A stretch of DNA of 64,000 nucleotides from Kiritimatiellia bacterium (GCA_050949565.1 JBMNFY010000017.1:1472001-1536000), one strand, 5' to 3'; positions 42,951-53,606 are shown, counted from the first letter of the stretch. Notes: generated from the letters alone by a model not told the origin. Made by a program: numbers and translations.

Positions 42951-43613
42951 ATGGCCCACTTGACCCCCAGACGCTACACGATCCCCGAAGAGGTGGCGCA
43001 CAGCGCGATTCACGCGCTGGGCAGCCATCTGGGTGCGGCCATGCTGGCGCTGATGGTGGTGTTCGGGGTGCAGAGCGGCGAACAGGTGGCGTGGAAGGTG
43101 GTCAGCGCGGCGATATTCGGCTTCTCCATCATTCTCCTCTACACGGTCTCATCGGCCTATCACGCGATCACGCACCCGCGCACCAAGCAGATCCTGAAGG
43201 TATGCGACCACATGGCGATCTATATCCTGATCGCGGGCTCCTACACGCCCTTCATGCTGGTCACATTGCGGCCTGAATATCCGGTCATCGCCTGGACGAT
43301 CTTCGGCATTGTCTGGGGGCTGACGATCATGGGCATCATCTTCAAGGTCTTCTTCACCGGGCGGCTGCGACTGGTCTCGACCCTCGCCTATGTCGGCATG
43401 GGCTGGATCATCGTCTTTGCGATCAAACCTCTAATGGCCACGTTGCCGACCGCCGGCCTGGTTTGGTTGCTGATCGGCGGCTTGTGCTACACCCTGGGCG
43501 CGATCTTTTATCTATGGCGCCTGATGCCTTTCCACCATGCGGTTTGGCATCTCTGCGTACTGGCCGGTACGCTTTGCCACTTCTTTGCTGTGCTGTTTTA
43601 TGTGATGATGTAG
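42951..43613 (+). CDS. Hemolysin III / PAQR (TrhA) family membrane protein
   Basis: EEVAH...H, SSAYH, DHMAIYILIAGSYTPF, YVGMGW, GG.CYTLGA.FY, HAVWHLCVL.G..CHF. Confidence 0.92.
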   Translation: MAHLTPRRYTIPEEVAHSAIHALGSHLGAAMLALMVVFGVQSGEQVAWKVVSAAIFGFSIILLYTVSSAYHAITHPRTKQILKVCDHMAIYILIAGSYTPFMLVTLRPEYPVIAWTIFGIVWGLTIMGIIFKVFFTGRLRLVSTLAYVGMGWIIVFAIKPLMATLPTAGLVWLLIGGLCYTLGAIFYLWRLMPFHHAVWHLCVLAGTLCHFFAVLFYVMM

Positions 43614-43708
43614 GTGGTACGGGCGGACGTCCCGGACGCCCGAAAGACAACAGCCGGACAGGCGTGTTGCTTTCGGCGGTCCGAGACGCCCCGCCGTACT
43701 TAACTGCT

Positions 43709-45360
43709 GAGGCTCTTGCAAAACCCCCACACCGCAACGCCTGACGGCCTGCGGGCGGGACGTCTTGTCAGCGAACCATCCCACCGCCCGGCGCGGCCGG
43801 GCATGACGCTCCGCCCCACGCCGCGTCGCCTTCTGCACGGCACCATACCGCGCCCAAAACGAACAGGGGTATTGTCGCACATTCCGGGGTGTTTGTCTAC
43901 CCCCCCCCGATTTTTGTTGTATCTTGTTGCCGCGCAATATGTTACAATGCCTCCATCATCCGTAAGGACGGAAAAACAAACGCGGAAAGGAGACAAAAAC
44001 GCATGAAGGAAACGCGACATCAACCCCCTCTGGGCCAGTTGTGGAACAGCATCCAGTCATGGCTCTTCCCGATGCTGGAGGACGAGATCGGGGAACTCGA
44101 CGAGAAGCACCGCCAGTTCGTCGCGGTCTGCGAGCTGTGCGCCCCGCAGGATCACATGGGCGCCTACCGCTGGTGCGGCAACGGCTGCCCGCCGTGCGAC
44201 CGGCTGGCGATGTGCAAGGCGTTCATAGGCAAGACCGTCTGGAACTTCGACACCACGAGCGGCCTGATCGACGCCATCCGCCACCGTCCGGCCCTGCGCC
44301 GGCTGTGCGGCTGGGAGACGCTCGGCGAAGTGCCCTCGGCGTCGACCTTCTCGCGCGCCTTCGCCGAATTCGCCAAAAACGGGTGCCCGCAGGAAATCCA
44401 CGAGGCGATGGTCAAGGCCCGCTATGGCGACAAGCTCGCCGGGCACGTCAGCCGCGACGCCACCGCGATCCGCGCCCGCGAGAAGGCCGCGGCCAAGCCG
44501 GAGACGGCCCCCGCCCCCGAGCGCGGCAAACGCGGCCGGCGCAGGAAGGGCGAGCCCCCGGCGCCGCCGCCGGATCCGACACGGCTGCAACTGCAGCTCA
44601 ACCGCGGCTTGAAGGAAAACCTGGCCGACCTGCCCGCGTCCTGCGACTGGGGCTGCAAGAAGAACAGCAAGGGCAAGACAGAATGCTGGCGCGGCTACAA
44701 GGCCCATCTGGACGTGATCGACGGCGATATCCCGGTCAGCTTCATACTCACTTCCGCCAGCCTGCACGACAGCCAGGCCGCCATCCCGCTGGCGCAGATG
44801 ACCGCCGGACGGATCGTCAACCTCTATGATCTGGCCGACGCCGCCTACGACGCCAAGGAGATCCGCGAGATGTCGGCGCGGCTGGGGCACGTGGCGCTCA
44901 TCGACCACAACCCGCGCCGGGGCGAGAAGATCGAGTTCTCCCCGGCGGAAGCCCGGCGCTACCACGAACGCACGGCCGTCGAGCGCGTCAACAGCCATCT
45001 GCACGAAGAGCACGGCGGACGGAACGTCCGGGTGCGCGGCCCGGCGAAGGTGGCGGCGCATCTGGCCTTCGGGCTGCTGGTCATCGCCGCCGAGCAGATG
45101 CTCAGAATGCTTCCCTGACCGGCCCCGCGGCAGACTGCCCTCCCTGAAAACCCGCCCGCGACCGGGCGGAGGCGCCGGGGTCTGCCCGGAAACATCCGAA
45201 AAACGGGAAAAACGCCCTGTCGCGTCCGTTTTTCAGCAACCGCTGCGCCTCTTCGTCAGAAAATCCTGCAAAATCCCTTGCGTGCAGGCGTGGCACGGGC
45301 ATCCTGCCCGTGTTTCATGGGCGGGACGCCCATGTCACGAGGGGGTTTTGCAAGAGCCTC
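43709..45360 (+). mobile_element. Insertion sequence (IS1182/IS5-like) with perfect 20-bp terminal inverted repeats
   Basis: GAGGCTCTTGCAAAACCCCC (43709-43728) / GGGGGTTTTGCAAGAGCCTC (45341-45360) around a DDE transposase; no direct target duplication visible. Confidence 0.88.
44003..45118 (+). CDS. DDE transposase (IS5/IS1182-like)
   Basis: LRRLCGW...PS.STFSRAF, SRDATAI, GYKAHLD, LTSASLHDSQ, ADAAYD, Y.ERTAVERVN; AGGAG before ATG 44003. Confidence 0.92.
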   Translation: MKETRHQPPLGQLWNSIQSWLFPMLEDEIGELDEKHRQFVAVCELCAPQDHMGAYRWCGNGCPPCDRLAMCKAFIGKTVWNFDTTSGLIDAIRHRPALRRLCGWETLGEVPSASTFSRAFAEFAKNGCPQEIHEAMVKARYGDKLAGHVSRDATAIRAREKAAAKPETAPAPERGKRGRRRKGEPPAPPPDPTRLQLQLNRGLKENLADLPASCDWGCKKNSKGKTECWRGYKAHLDVIDGDIPVSFILTSASLHDSQAAIPLAQMTAGRIVNLYDLADAAYDAKEIREMSARLGHVALIDHNPRRGEKIEFSPAEARRYHERTAVERVNSHLHEEHGGRNVRVRGPAKVAAHLAFGLLVIAAEQMLRMLP

Positions 45361-46276
45361 GCAGCGTAGTACTACCAGTGGGTCGAGGTCCCGCACCGAG
45401 ACCCGGGTGGGCGGCGGCCAGGAACGGGTGACCACCTATACATACAAGAAAGAATGGCGCTCCAAGCCGGTGGATTCAGGTGCGTTCCGTGACCCCGAAT
45501 ACCAGAACCGCAACACCGTCTGGTTGACGTTTGAGGCGCAGACGTCATACGCGAAGAACGTTTCATTTGGCGCTTACACGTTGCCCCAGTTCTTTGTGGA
45601 GGCCATCGGTCAGGCCGAGAGCGCGAATGTCAGTCCCGCGCCTGAGCAGATTCAGACCTGGACAAAGAGCATGATCGAGCATCCGCGTTTTCCTCGCTCT
45701 CAAAATGTGACGAATGCGCCGCCTCCGGTCGTCCACGCCAGCGGAAACACCGTGTACTTCGGGCGTTCGCCCAGTGCGCCAGAAATCGGCGACGCCCGCG
45801 TGTCGTTTACTTGGGTGCCGCCGCATGAGGTTTCCATCATCGGCAAGGTTTCCGGCAAGACCTTTGTGAAGTTCGTGGCGAAAAACGGCAAGTCCGTCTC
45901 ACGTCTGGACGATGGGATCCGGAGCGCGGAGGAGATGTTCGCCAGCGCGGCCAAGGAGAATGCCACGCTGACGTGGATCCTGCGGCTTGTCGGTGTGCTG
46001 TGCGTATGTTTCGGCCTGAAGTCGATCTTCGGCATCTTGGAGGCGCTCGCCAAGGTCGTCCCGCTCCTGGGCGACATCGTCGGCGCGGGCGTCGGCTTGG
46101 TCTGCACCCTCGTCGGACTGGCCTGGTCGTTCCTGTGGATCTCAATCGCCTGGCTCGCCTACCGTCCGCTGATCGGCATCCCGTTGTTGGTCGCTTCTGT
46201 CGGGTGTATTGTCTGGCTCAAGAAAAAGGCGCGAAAAGATGGCGGCGTGACCGCCGCCGGTCAAGCAGACGCTTGA
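45361..46276 (+). pseudogene. 5'-truncated TMEM43 (DUF1625) family membrane protein
   Basis: Begins at the IS end with YYQWVE (shifted frame) then SRTETRVGGGQERVTTYTYKKEW, PEIGDARVSF, SAEEMF..A..EN..LTWILR, IAWLAYRP; the N-terminal third is not on the other side of the IS. Confidence 0.8.
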
Positions 46277-46360
46277 CCCTCCCATTCTGCAACCGGGCTT
46301 GCGGAGCACTGGGAGGGACGAGCGTCTGCTCGTCCGCGGGCAAGCGACGCTTGCCCCTCC
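46241..46360. repeat. REP/REPIN-like palindrome doublets
   Basis: GGCGGCGTGACCGCCGCCGGTCAAGCAGACGCTTGACCCTCCC, with a near-identical copy at 47888-47930, paired with GGGAGGGACGAGCGTCTGCTCGTCC (also at 8017). Confidence 0.85.
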
Positions 46361-46455
46361 CGCCGTTTCGCGCGCCTTCCTGCCGCCAACCACTCACATC
46401 CCATTTCTGTTCAAAAACGTTATCAAAATCAAATCAAAAAAAGGAGTATCTCACG

Positions 46456-47802
46456 ATGAAAACCTCTCGTTTTTTTGTTTCCGCCGCCGCATTCATTCTG
46501 TCTGCGTCGACGGTCGTTCACGCCGCGACCCTGCATGTCTCCGCCACAACCGGCGAGAGTGTGCGTAAAGCGGACGGCAGCAAAGAGAAGCCGTGGCGCG
46601 ACTTGCAGGCCGCGCTGGACAAGGCGCAACCAGGCGACACGATCCTTGTCGCCGCAGGTAACTACCTTGGCACCAGTGACCAAGGATTTCTGAAGATGAC
46701 CATCCCGGTCAATATCATGGGCGGCTACACGGACGACTTCGCAAGCCGCGACGTGCTCAAGAACCTCACCATGGTGCAGCCCACCACCGCGCAGAACGGC
46801 ACCTCGCGCTCGTTCGCCCTGCTGTCCATCGGCGACCCCAACAAACCCCGTTCGCTCAACGCCGGTGACGGCGGCATCACCATTGACGGGATTGTCTTCG
46901 ACCGTGGGTTCTCGAACGGCTACCATCCGACGAAGGGCAAGCCCAAAGATGTCGATACGGGGATGCTCATCAATCCGCCGGGGCAGGGCATCAACGGCGA
47001 CGCGAAGAACGTGGCGACGGTCGCCCAGCCGCTCATCTACTTCGGTAATGGGTTCGGCAACGTGACGATCCGCAACTGCACGTTCGCCAATGGCGGCAAC
47101 TACGCGATCCGCGGCTCATGGAGCCAAGGCAAGGTCGTCATTGAGAACAACGTGTTCATCAACAACACCTATGCCGCCATCGAGCTGTCCGGCGGCGGCA
47201 AGAGCGGCGAGTTCAGCTTGACCATCGACTGCGCTTACAACACGATCCTCTTTAACTGGGCGCGGACCAATGATCTGGGTGACATGGGGTACGGGTTCCG
47301 CTACATGAACAACGTCCACTCCGATGTCCACCACTGCATCATCGGTACTTCCACGCTCGGCGGCTTGGACCGGGCGCGTATCGAGAACTCAAAAGACCAT
47401 GAGAAGATGAAGAAGACCGGCGCTGAAAACAACGCCTTCTTCCTGAACACACAGGGTGACCTCGTGCTTCCGGGCGGCGCCAAGTGGCTGTTTGTCCGGG
47501 CCAAGAACTTCGAGGATCGCGAAGAACTCTACAAGTACGAGGGGAACGCGGAACTCCCGGCGGAAGCTTTCAAGGGCAAGATCAACGAAGCCTACCTGAA
47601 CGGCTTCGTCAGCGCGAACAACTCCGAATCGGTTCTGTTGGATCGCAATTCGCCCGTCAATCAGGTGCGCAGTGCGTTTGGGATGAACCTGCAGGCCGAG
47701 GGAACGACCCGCGTGGATATGTTCGCCAACCGCTATCCTCTCACCGATGCTCTGAAGCTCTTCGGCGCGGTGGAAGGCAAAGGCGCGCAGATGCCTAAGT
47801 GA
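46456..47802 (+). CDS. Secreted right-handed beta-helix protein (DUF1565-like N-terminus)
   Basis: AAGGAG then MKTSRF; signal peptide ending VHA; DGSKEKPWRDLQAALDKAQPGDTILVAAGNY; Asn-rich parallel beta-helix repeats. Confidence 0.8.
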   Translation: MKTSRFFVSAAAFILSASTVVHAATLHVSATTGESVRKADGSKEKPWRDLQAALDKAQPGDTILVAAGNYLGTSDQGFLKMTIPVNIMGGYTDDFASRDVLKNLTMVQPTTAQNGTSRSFALLSIGDPNKPRSLNAGDGGITIDGIVFDRGFSNGYHPTKGKPKDVDTGMLINPPGQGINGDAKNVATVAQPLIYFGNGFGNVTIRNCTFANGGNYAIRGSWSQGKVVIENNVFINNTYAAIELSGGGKSGEFSLTIDCAYNTILFNWARTNDLGDMGYGFRYMNNVHSDVHHCIIGTSTLGGLDRARIENSKDHEKMKKTGAENNAFFLNTQGDLVLPGGAKWLFVRAKNFEDREELYKYEGNAELPAEAFKGKINEAYLNGFVSANNSESVLLDRNSPVNQVRSAFGMNLQAEGTTRVDMFANRYPLTDALKLFGAVEGKGAQMPK

Positions 47803-48091
47803 TCTTTTCCGTGCTGCGCACGGAGAAGACATTTAGGATTTGAGATTTAGGAGTTAGGAGTTTTCCGCTTGGGAGTTGAGCGTTCTTGGCGGCGTAACCG
47901 CCGCCGGGCAAGCAGACGCTTGCCCCTCCCGGCGCTCCGCAAGCCTGATGAATGGATCTGCGACGGCAAACGATATTCCGCGCGACGCCGCTTTTCCTCC
48001 GCGCACAGCGCGGAGGGTCTTCCCCGGCACAGCCGGTAGTGCGGGTGCTGCTCCGCACACGCACTACCTCTCACCCATTACCTCTTACTTA

Positions 48092-49003
48092 TTACTTCTC
48101 TTTAATCACCGAGGTGGCAGCTTTGAGGATGCCGGCCACATTCGCCAGATCAGAGGGGATGATCATGGTGTTGTTGGCCTTGGCGAGCTTGCCGAATTCG
48201 TTCAGGTATTGCTGAGCGAGTTGCATGTTCACCGCGTTCAGGCCGCCCTGCTCATTGATCGCTGCGGCCACTTGGCGAATACCGCTGGCCTGCGCTTCCG
48301 CCACCAGCAGGATCTCCTGCGCACGACCACCCGCCTCATTGATGCGCTTTGTTTTCTCGCCTTCTGAGATTGCGATCGCCTGCTGCTTCTCGCCTTCGGC
48401 GCGGTTGATCTTGGCCTGACGGTCACCTTCGGACTCGGCAATCAGGGCACGCTTTTCGCGTTCGGCGCGCATCTGCTTCTCCATTGCGTCGCGGATCGTC
48501 TGGGGCGGCGTGATGTTCTTGATCTCATAGCGCGTGACCTTGACGCCCCAAGGGCCGGACGCCTTGTCCACGGCCTCGACAATCGCGCCGTTGATATGCA
48601 TACGCTCCTCAAAGCTCCGGTCCAACTCTAACTTGCCCATCTCAGAGCGCATGGTGGTCTGTGCGAGTTGCGTGGTAGCGAACAGGTAGTTGCCGATACC
48701 GTAGGAGGCTTTGGCCGGGTCCATCACCTGAAGGTAGAGGACGCCGTCCACCTCGACGGTGATGTTGTCGCGCGTGATGCACTGCTGCGGCGGCACGTCG
48801 ATCGCCTGTTCCTTGAGCGTGTGTCGATACGAAACGCGGTCGAGGATCGGCACCAGCACGTGGAGGCCCGCCTCGAGCGTGCAGTGGTATTTCCCCAGCC
48901 GCTCCACGATGAATGCCTGCTTCTGCGGCACAATGCGCACGCACTTGTAAAGCGTGTAGACCACAGCGAACGCGATCAGATAAACGGTGTATTGAGCCTG
49001 CAT
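48092..49003 (-). CDS. qmcA: SPFH/band 7 (QmcA/slipin) protein
   Basis: IVERLGKY..TLEAG, QQCITRDN, AQTTMRSEMGKL.LD, WGVKVTRYEIK, QMRAEREKRA. Confidence 0.92.
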   Translation of the reverse strand: MQAQYTVYLIAFAVVYTLYKCVRIVPQKQAFIVERLGKYHCTLEAGLHVLVPILDRVSYRHTLKEQAIDVPPQQCITRDNITVEVDGVLYLQVMDPAKASYGIGNYLFATTQLAQTTMRSEMGKLELDRSFEERMHINGAIVEAVDKASGPWGVKVTRYEIKNITPPQTIRDAMEKQMRAEREKRALIAESEGDRQAKINRAEGEKQQAIAISEGEKTKRINEAGGRAQEILLVAEAQASGIRQVAAAINEQGGLNAVNMQLAQQYLNEFGKLAKANNTMIIPSDLANVAGILKAATSVIKEK

Positions 49004-49075
49004 GATTCTTTCCTTCTCTTTTTCAGGATGCCAAGCCAGCCCGTTTCGTCAGGCGACTTAGCATCGTTGTGAACA

Positions 49076-49510
49076 TTAGACCGCTTCAACTCGAAGCGTC
49101 AGATTTTTTTTGCCGATCACTCGGACCGACGCGCCGACATCGAACTCGCCTTCGGCCTCGGCATCCCACGTCGTACCACCCAACTCGACCCGCCCCGGCC
49201 TATTCGGCGCGATGGGCTGCGTCACCAGCGCCAGCTTGCCGGTAAAACCGTCGTCGGGATCGTCCGAGACCTTGCGTGTTCCGCTGAAAACCGACTTGAG
49301 GCTTTTACGCAGCAGCACAAGGTAGAGCACCGACAGCGCGGAAAACAGAAGCCACTGCCAGCCCTGAGCGAGCGTCGGCATCAGCCACACAATCAAAGCC
49401 ACCGTCAGCGCGGCCAATCCGAAGAACAGCGACACCAAACCCGGCGTCATGATCTCTAAAAGGATCAACGCCACACCGGCATATAGCCAATACATAGCTG
49501 TCATTTGCAT
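49076..49510 (-). CDS. NfeD-like (YbbJ) membrane protein
   Basis: W...G..L.LLEI.TPG...FFG, three TM helices, OB-fold GRVELGGTTWDA; partner of the adjacent SPFH gene. Confidence 0.9.
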   Translation of the reverse strand: MQMTAMYWLYAGVALILLEIMTPGLVSLFFGLAALTVALIVWLMPTLAQGWQWLLFSALSVLYLVLLRKSLKSVFSGTRKVSDDPDDGFTGKLALVTQPIAPNRPGRVELGGTTWDAEAEGEFDVGASVRVIGKKNLTLRVEAV

Positions 49511-49718
49511 CCGAGCCCCCCCTCTATGGGTTCACATCACCACGGGGCCAATTAAATCAGGTCACCCCGCCATTTGGCAAGGACGGATTACGGGATTTAG
49601 AATTTGGGAGTTGGGATTTAGGAGTTTTTGGAGCCGCCAGCACTACCGGCACTGCCGGTGCTGCGGGCGATGGCGGCGTAAACGCCGCCCGCAGAACTTG
49701 AGCGCCGCACGGAAAATG

Positions 49719-52700
49719 TCACCGCAAAAAGAGCAGCGAACCGGCACCGTAGACGCGACACCAGAAGGCACCGGATGCAATCTCGAACTTCACATCGCGC
49801 GTGCCCGATACATTTTCCACACTCCAGCGCTCGGCCAAATCGCCCAGGCCAACATCTGTCACGGAGGTGCCGCGCGCGATTTCCCAATTGCCCGTGGCCT
49901 CTGGGGCGGATAGCGTGATCGTGCCGCCGCCCGCAAGCGTGACGGTGCCGTTCGCTGTGATCAACGGTCCCTTGTTCGCCGCCGTCAGCGTGATTTCCGT
50001 GCCGTCGGGAATCTCCACGTCGCCGGGATAGGCGACCTGCGCCGCGCCGTCGATTGCCGTGGCGCGGAAGGTGGCGTTCACGCGCGTGACGCCTTCCGGC
50101 AGCGCGAGCGCACCACCCGCCATTTCGAAGTAACCCGTGAACCCGGTAGGATTCGCGCCGAGCGTGAGTTCCGCGTCTTCCGGCAGCTTCAGCGTGCCGT
50201 TGCCTGTGAGCGTGCCCGCGAACGTGTTTGTGCCTGCGAGCGCCAGCCGCCCGCTCACGAGGCTGAGTGTACCTTCACCGGAGAGTTGACCGACCTCCTC
50301 ATCGGAGCCATTTACCTCAAGCGTCGCACCCTGCGCCACCGTCACCGCGCCGCCCGGCGGCAGTACATGCACACCGCGCGCGTCCGCCCGCATCGTCGCG
50401 CGGATCTGCTGCACGCTTAGCGCCTGATCGAACACCTTCACCTCGTCGAGTGCGCCGCGGAAGAGCGCCCAAGTCGCCGTGGTTTTTGCGCCGAGATAGA
50501 AGCGGGCCGTGTCTCGTAGAGAGTCATTCATGAACGCACCATCCGACGAGAAGCCGTCCACGTACTGCCCGTCCACGAAGTTCCGTACGCCCGTTTCGGG
50601 ATGGTACGTTGTGGCGAAATGGTGCCAGCGCTGAGGCGCGTCGCAGTCGTGGAGGCCGGGGAGCGTGCTGCCGGAGTTGATATCGAACAGGCTGCCGTTC
50701 GGCTTGCGTATGCAGCATCGCATACTCCAAGTTCTGTCGTTCTGATCGTACCAGTAGCTGAGCATGTAGTTGATCGTTTTGTCCACGGGACAGCCCCAAC
50801 TGATGAAAGTGGGGTAGTGCACGTTATTGCCCTGTTTGGTGAACTCGTCCGCCTGATGGGTCTGTATCCAGAGCGACACCGTAAACGGCTGGCCGTTTGA
50901 CGGGATCGCCTCCGGGAAGCTTTCGCTGCACAGATAGGAGAGATTGTAAGCATCGAACTTGAGCGCCTTACCGCCGAGAGGCGAGTCGATGAGCGTGAGC
51001 GTGCCGTTGCCACATTCGACAAGGTCGTTCGTGCCGACGGAGTCCTTGCCGATGTTGGACGCATCCTCGAACGCATAGTGCAGCACGGGCGCGGGGGCCT
51101 CCGCGCTCGCGTCCGGCACCGCGCCGCGCGCGAGTGCCACCAGGTCTCTGCGCGCATAGAGACGCGCTACGTCCGCAGCGTCAAGCGCCTCGGTGTAGAT
51201 ACGCACATCGTCGATGAGCCCTTTGAATGGGCGGCCCGAAGAGTTGCTGAACTGCCGCCCGATGCACACCTTCTTTGAGAGCGGAATCGCAAGCGCCTGC
51301 GCGACGTCTGTCCACCACGTCTGCACGCCATCGCAATAGACGGTGAACAAGCTCCCTTTGCGCACGGCCACATAATGGTGCCACGCGCCCTGCGGATTGG
51401 GAGGCGAAGTGACATTGGCGAAGTCGAGCGTGTCGCCCCAGTGGGAGAGGCAGAGTGTACCGGCGGAAATGCCGTTGTAGCGGAAGACGATCTGCCGGAA
51501 AGCGTTGTTGTCGCCCAACGAAATGAACGTGCCCGGATCGCCGCAGTCCGCGTCGGGCTTCACCCATACGCTGATCGTGTAGTCCGCATCGCCTGTGAGG
51601 TACGGCGATTTCACCTCCGTCTCAAGCCTCTGCGCCGAAGTGCCGGGGAACCGTGCCACCCAGCCGCCGCGCTCGGCGTCGTATTCGCGCGAGACACCGT
51701 TCTGCGTGGTGAGGGTGTATCCGTTGCATGTGGCATCGACACCCAGGTTGTCATCTTCAAAGTCGTAGACGGCGAATGGTTGCGGCAACACCGCCATGTT
51801 CTGGAGAACGAGCGTGCCTTCGCGCACCTCGGTACCGCCCGTGTGCGTGAGCGCACCGCCGAGCGTGAGTACGTTCGGGCCGGTCTTTGCGAACACGCTC
51901 TCACCGCGCACGCCCGCATTGTAGGTGCCCGGGCCGGTCATCGCGAGTTCGCTGCCCGCATTCATCACGATGCCGCCGCGCACGGCATTACCGTCCACAC
52001 GGACGAGGGTCTGCGTACCGGCGAGTTGGATTTCGCCGTTGAGTTCGGTATACAACCGTGTGTTCGCGGGGATCGCCACCGGCTCACCTGCCGTGCCAAC
52101 GAGATCGCCGTCCGAAATGGGCTCTTTGCCGGCGAGGAGTTGCTCAATGCCCGTGGGGCCGAGCGCACGCGAATAGATGCGCACGTCATCGATATCGCCG
52201 CAGAAGAAACGTGACCATTCCGGCAGACGACCGATGAAAATCTGAACGGTCTCTGGCAGCGTCATTTCAAGGACAATACTCCGTTCGTCGAGTACCTTCA
52301 CGCCGTCCATCCACACGGTGAGGCGGCACCCTTCGCGCATCGCCATATAGTGATGCCACTGCGTGGGGTCCGAAGGGCCGGGGAGATTACTTTTGTCGCC
52401 TGCCTGGTTCCAGTGGCCGAGCAGGAGCGTGTTGCAGGTGTTATTCACGAAGCGGAACTGCACGATGCTATGATCGACGCACTGCGAACCGATCGCGACC
52501 ATCGTGGGATAGCCGTTCGCGACAGGTGTGTCGAAAGTCCGCGCCCACAGGCTGATCGTGTAGTCCGAGTCGCCCGTGAGTTCGGTGGTGTCCGTGACGG
52601 TGGCCACAAGCTCACCGCCGGAGTTCGCCGTGCCCGTGAAACGCGCCACATATCCGCCGCGTCCGGCGTCGTACACGCGCTCGACCGTACCGTTCGCCAC

Positions 52701-53606
52701 GAGATCGCGTCCATGTCCTGAAGAGTCGTGCGTGAGAGACTCCTCGAAGTCATACTTTGCGAACGGTACTGCGGCGGGCGTTTTTGAGTCGAGGCGCAAC
52801 CGTCCGGCGCGTGCGCCGTAGGCGATGTTCTCGGCGATGTTCGTCACATACAGGTTTTTCACCACGGCCGCCACGCGCCCTGTACCGGAAACAGCATCAG
52901 AGAGGATGTCTGAGCGCGTGGCACCGAGCCGAAGCTCGTTGCCCTCAAGTGGGATCGCCGTGCCCGTTTCGCTTTGGAGCGAGCCCAGAGCCACCTGCGA
53001 GGTATAGTTCGAGAGCGTAAGCGTGCCCGCGCCCGTCACACGCACATCGGTAAAGGCGAGCGCGTCATCCATCATCGGGATCACCTGGCCTTCTGCGATT
53101 TCAAGCGTGCGGCGCGGTTTGCCGGCGGGACAGAAAGACGAGATGCGCACGGTACCGTCTCCTTCCTTGCGCACACTGCCATAGTCATCGGGCCAGAACC
53201 GACAGTCGCTGCCGATCACGAGCGTACCGCCCCTGACGCACAGAGGGAAATAGCCAAGCGCCGCTGTGCTAGCAGTAAAACCGCTGCCGCCGTTAGACCA
53301 CCTCAGCCACCACAGATAACTCTCGGGCACCTCTTCTTCTGGCCCAGGCACGGCGGGCTCAACCACCATGCCACCCATATAAGCTGTTTCTCTAACAGTG
53401 ATGGTCTGCCGGTCGGCGAGTTGGAAAAAGGTCACATTGGTGTGCGCGGGCAACACGCCTCCTACCCAGTTTGTGTACTCGCCCGCAGCGTTCGTCGCGG
53501 CCCACTGTCCACCCATGGAGCCGTTCCAAAGGTTCGTAGTAACGTCCGCATTCACGCCCATCACCGCATACGTGAGCGCGAGAATCAATAGGGTCGTTCT
53601 TTTCAT
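49719..53606 (-). CDS. Large secreted protein with three LamG/concanavalin-like domains and PATR-like linkers
   Basis: Signal peptide MKRTT...VNA; three Y.FE(D/E)...(Y/F)T(I/V)S.W...WHH...DG...G.(I/L)D(D/E)V.(I/V)(Y/F)..AL domains; KTGPNVLTLGGALTHTGGTEVREGTL; ends GAGSLLFLR. Confidence 0.85.
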   Translation of the reverse strand: MKRTTLLILALTYAVMGVNADVTTNLWNGSMGGQWAATNAAGEYTNWVGGVLPAHTNVTFFQLADRQTITVRETAYMGGMVVEPAVPGPEEEVPESYLWWLRWSNGGSGFTASTAALGYFPLCVRGGTLVIGSDCRFWPDDYGSVRKEGDGTVRISSFCPAGKPRRTLEIAEGQVIPMMDDALAFTDVRVTGAGTLTLSNYTSQVALGSLQSETGTAIPLEGNELRLGATRSDILSDAVSGTGRVAAVVKNLYVTNIAENIAYGARAGRLRLDSKTPAAVPFAKYDFEESLTHDSSGHGRDLVANGTVERVYDAGRGGYVARFTGTANSGGELVATVTDTTELTGDSDYTISLWARTFDTPVANGYPTMVAIGSQCVDHSIVQFRFVNNTCNTLLLGHWNQAGDKSNLPGPSDPTQWHHYMAMREGCRLTVWMDGVKVLDERSIVLEMTLPETVQIFIGRLPEWSRFFCGDIDDVRIYSRALGPTGIEQLLAGKEPISDGDLVGTAGEPVAIPANTRLYTELNGEIQLAGTQTLVRVDGNAVRGGIVMNAGSELAMTGPGTYNAGVRGESVFAKTGPNVLTLGGALTHTGGTEVREGTLVLQNMAVLPQPFAVYDFEDDNLGVDATCNGYTLTTQNGVSREYDAERGGWVARFPGTSAQRLETEVKSPYLTGDADYTISVWVKPDADCGDPGTFISLGDNNAFRQIVFRYNGISAGTLCLSHWGDTLDFANVTSPPNPQGAWHHYVAVRKGSLFTVYCDGVQTWWTDVAQALAIPLSKKVCIGRQFSNSSGRPFKGLIDDVRIYTEALDAADVARLYARRDLVALARGAVPDASAEAPAPVLHYAFEDASNIGKDSVGTNDLVECGNGTLTLIDSPLGGKALKFDAYNLSYLCSESFPEAIPSNGQPFTVSLWIQTHQADEFTKQGNNVHYPTFISWGCPVDKTINYMLSYWYDQNDRTWSMRCCIRKPNGSLFDINSGSTLPGLHDCDAPQRWHHFATTYHPETGVRNFVDGQYVDGFSSDGAFMNDSLRDTARFYLGAKTTATWALFRGALDEVKVFDQALSVQQIRATMRADARGVHVLPPGGAVTVAQGATLEVNGSDEEVGQLSGEGTLSLVSGRLALAGTNTFAGTLTGNGTLKLPEDAELTLGANPTGFTGYFEMAGGALALPEGVTRVNATFRATAIDGAAQVAYPGDVEIPDGTEITLTAANKGPLITANGTVTLAGGGTITLSAPEATGNWEIARGTSVTDVGLGDLAERWSVENVSGTRDVKFEIASGAFWCRVYGAGSLLFLR

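Noticed and set aside
45973-46455. N-terminal extension of the 609-aa ORF
   Set aside because: Overlaps TMEM43 and REP repeats; the real start is ATG 46456 with AAGGAG and a signal peptide.
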